64,000 bases of DNA from positions 1 to 64,000 of the forward strand of contig JBHGNT010000099.1 in NCBI GenBank assembly GCA_043228905.1, read 5' to 3'. Both the position numbers and the translations under genes were made by a program. Shown in pieces: positions 61,101-64,000 of this stretch. Each line of letters begins with the position of its first letter. The first letter of the stretch is position 1. The notes beneath the pieces were generated by a model that did not search any database, was not told the origin of the DNA, and saw nothing but the letters and a program-made list of their open reading frames with translations. Source of the stretch: Azolla caroliniana (Eukaryota > Plantae > Polypodiophyta).

Positions 61101-63518
61101 GGCAAGGGACCGGTTAGCACTCGAGGATCCGGCCGAAGACGGTGAAGAAACAGAACCGGCCGAAGACGGTGAAGAAACAGAACCGGCCGAGGAAGATGAA
61201 ACTGATACCGGAACCGGCCCCGATCCCGAAATGGATTCGGATGAAGAAGAAACGGAGGAGCCGGTTACCGAAGCTCTGGAACGGAGATATCCTCTAAGAG
61301 AGAGAAGGGCCCCCCGGAGATTTCCGGAACCAGAGCACGTGCTGCTAACCGACGAGGGGGAGCCGGAGAGTTTTGAAGAAGCAAAGCTTGACACCCATAG
61401 CCGCAGATGGTTAAGTGCCATGCAGGAGGAGATGGATTCCCTGCATGAGAACCACACATATGAACTTGTGGAGTTGCCGAAAGGAAAGCGGGCACTTCGA
61501 AACAAGTGGGTGTTCAAGCTGAAACCGGGAGATGCCGGAAACCCCCCGAGATACAAAGCCAGGATCGTGGTGAAGGGGTTCCAGCAGAAGAAGGGTGTCG
61601 ACTTCGACGAGATATTTGCCCCGGTAGTGAAGATGACCTCCATCCGGACGGTGCTGAGCATAGCGGCAAGCATGGACCTCGAGGTAGAACAGATGGACGT
61701 GAAGACGGCATTCCTTCACGGTGACCTCGAAGAAGAGATCTACATGTAGCAACCGGAAGGATTCGAGAAGAAAGGGAAGGAGCACCTGGTATGCCGGTTG
61801 AAGAAGAGCCTTTACGGATTGAAGCAGGCTCCCCGGCAATGGTACCGGAAGTTCGACTCTTTCATGACCGACGAAGGGTACCACAAAACGCAGTCCGATC
61901 ACTGCGTGTTTGTGAAGAAGTTCGAAGGAGGAGACTTTCTAATACTCCTCCTGTACGTGGACGACATGTTGATCGTCGGACGGGACCAGGTCAAGATACG
62001 GATGCTGAAGAGAGCGCTTCACCGAACCTTCTCAATGAAGGACTTGTGTCCGGCGAGGCAAATACTAGGGATGCACATCATCCGGGACCGGAAGAAGAAG
62101 CAGTTGTGGCTGTCACAGGAGAAGTACGTGACAAAGGTGCTTCACCGGTTCAACATGTCGGAAGCAAGACCGGTCGGGTCAACCCTCCCGGCAAACTGCA
62201 AGTTGTCCAGCAAGCAAAGCCCCAAGACAAAGGCTGAGAAGGAGGACATGATGAAAGTACCATATGCCTCTGCCGTCAGAAGCTTGATGTACGCAATGGT
62301 GTGTACAAGACCGGACATAGGATATGTAGTCGGAGTGGTGAGCTGGTACATGAGCAATCCCGGCAAAGAGCACTGGAACGCGGCCAAGTGGATACTCCGA
62401 TATCTGAAGGGCACGGCAAACGTGTGCCTCCGATTCGGCTCCGGTAAGCCCGAACTCGACGGCTTTACCGATTCGGATATGTCGGCTGATGCAGATACCA
62501 GCCGGTCCACATCAGGGTATGTGATGACGTATGCAGGGGGAGCTGTTTCGTGGCAGTCGACGCTGCAGAAGACAGTTGCGTTGTCAACCACGGAGGCGGA
62601 GTACATGGCGGCTGTTGAAGCCGGCAAGGAAATAATATGGATGAAGGACTTCATTGGAGAGCTCGGTATCCGGCAGGAGGAGTACCGACTCTACTGCGAT
62701 AGTCAGAGTGCCATCCACCTTGCGAAGAATGCGGCCTATCACTCCCGGACGAAGCACATCCAGCGAAGATACCACTGGATCCGGGAAAGGATAGAAGACA
62801 AGGAGTTCGTGCTGACGAAGATACACACGGACGAGAACGGGTCGGATATGCTGACCAAGGTGCTCACACCCGACAAACTGGAAGCATGCCGGAAGAGGAT
62901 CGGATTGGAAAGACATCCCATGCCGAAGTGAAGGGGGAGTTTGTTGGGATTACGGTCCCTCCGGATGGGATGGTCAGATGTCCGGAGCCGGTTGATGAAG
63001 ACCCCGGCTACGGAGCCGGGTGATGAAGACCCCGGCTACGGAGCCGGATGATGAATGTACCCGGAGAGAGATCCGGATGCGGGGACATATTTGTGAATAT
63101 GTTTGCCAAGGGCCCTCTAGGCTATATTTGTAAATAGCCCGAAAGTCATATGTTGTATAAATATGACTTAGGGCAAACAGTTTTATGTTGTTGCTCATTT
63201 TATGTTTTCAGCCGAGAGAGCGAAGTGAGAGCAGCCGAGAGAGAGAGAGAGAAAGGAAGAGGTCGACGCCTCTGTGTATTACCGCCGCCTGTGGCGAAGA
63301 CAGTGAGCTCAAGGTTGTTGCCTTGTAGCTTCACCATTGTACATCTCTGTGTATAGTGATAGTTGGAGTTTGAGGACTCCCGTGGTTTTTCCCATTTAGG
63401 GTTTTCCACGTAAAACACCCTGTGTACTCTTCTCTCTATTGTCTTCGTGCATTTTGTATTTCCTGTTTTCTATGAGTTGATCCTATTCCTCGGTTGTGGC
63501 CAAGCACTGTGTGCAACA
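58195..63518 (+). mobile_element. Young full-length Copia element C (Tnt1/Tork-like). LTRs 58195-58799 and 62942-63518, TSD GTGCG
   Basis: The LTRs differ by 3 substitutions and one 28-bp repeat unit (by eye). GTGCG at 58190-58194 and 63519-63523, PBS TGGTATCAGAGC at 58803-58814, PPT GAAGGGGGAG about 62930-62939. Confidence 0.97.
58831..62931 (+). CDS. Copia gag-pol of element C with one in-frame TAG (61747-61749)
   Basis: CFYCGKPGHFQKNC, WVVDSGAS, LWHKRLCH..CTDC, VHTDVC/ADNGGEY/AERMN, LLYVDDM, GFTDSD, CDSQSA. The frame continues unchanged past the stop. Confidence 0.93.
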
Positions 63519-64000
63519 GTGCGTGATCTTCGCATTCCAAGCTCGGGGGGCTTGCTTCAGGCCATAAAGTGACTTCTTCAGTCGGCATACCGCCGACTTG
63601 TTCATGTCCGACTGGAAACCGGGGGGTTGGGTCATAAGGACCTCTTTTTCAAGATCGCCTTGAAGAAATGCATTCTTCACGTCCATTTGGTGAAGATGCC
63701 ACTCCCTTGCCGCAGCAACCGCCAGCACCACACAAACCATCGTCATCTTCGCTACCGGAGCGAAGGTCTCATCGTAGTCGATTCCGTGGGTCTACGCATA
63801 TCCCTTTGCCACTAACCGGGCCTTGTACCGGTTAACCAAACCGTCGGTATTGTACTTTACCTTGTACACCCACTTACATCCGATCGGTTTACAGTGTCGG
63901 GGAGGGTCGACTAGGTCCCATGTGTCGTTGGCATCAAGTGCCTGCATTTCTTCCTCCATAGCGGCATGCCAATTTGCGTCCTTTGCCGCTTCTGCGTAGC

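Larger units (their letters stand above)
56130..64000 (-). mobile_element. Copia element D (RT-RNase H, extended 3' region, 3' LTR 56530-56130), interrupted by element C and continuing past the window
   Basis: Minus strand [75 protein letters not shown] (plus 56531-56541) then a TGA...TCA LTR. Confidence 0.9.

Noticed and set aside
61747-61755. TAG CAA CCG resembles the UAG-CAR-YYA readthrough signal
   Set aside because: It lies mid-RT in the conserved YMxQP motif, where CAA CCN follows anyway, and the match is imperfect. A point nonsense mutation is simpler.

Overview
Eukaryotic land-plant genomic DNA, probably a fern: it has spliceosomal introns, plant iMet/Arg/Trp primer-binding sites and a fern-style PLS-PPR motif fragment, though the taxon is an inference. 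The only intact cellular genes are two divergently oriented, near-identical 7-exon ferric reduction oxidase (FRO-family) genes (7039-11028 minus, 26019-30010 plus). They form the core of a large inverted duplication (about 6544-12722 versus 22635-30504) whose flanks are far more diverged than the genes. Most of the rest is nested LTR retrotransposons, several with LTR ends, PBS, PPT and 5-bp TSDs readable by eye. A Copia with a split LTR (30506-) contains a second Copia (31074-46921), which contains a solo LTR and a Gypsy carrying a large extra ORF. A young Copia (58195-63518) sits inside an older minus-strand Copia. The most unusual signal is non-retroelement cargo: two decayed copies of an intron-containing gene with a ParB/Srx-like motif (2796-4536, 50890-52504), and an intron-containing fragment of a bacterial-type beta-class N4C/N6A DNA methyltransferase (12893-13470, minus). 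These may be two ends of one mobile ParB-MTase gene. All coordinates and identity estimates were read by eye and no searches were run.
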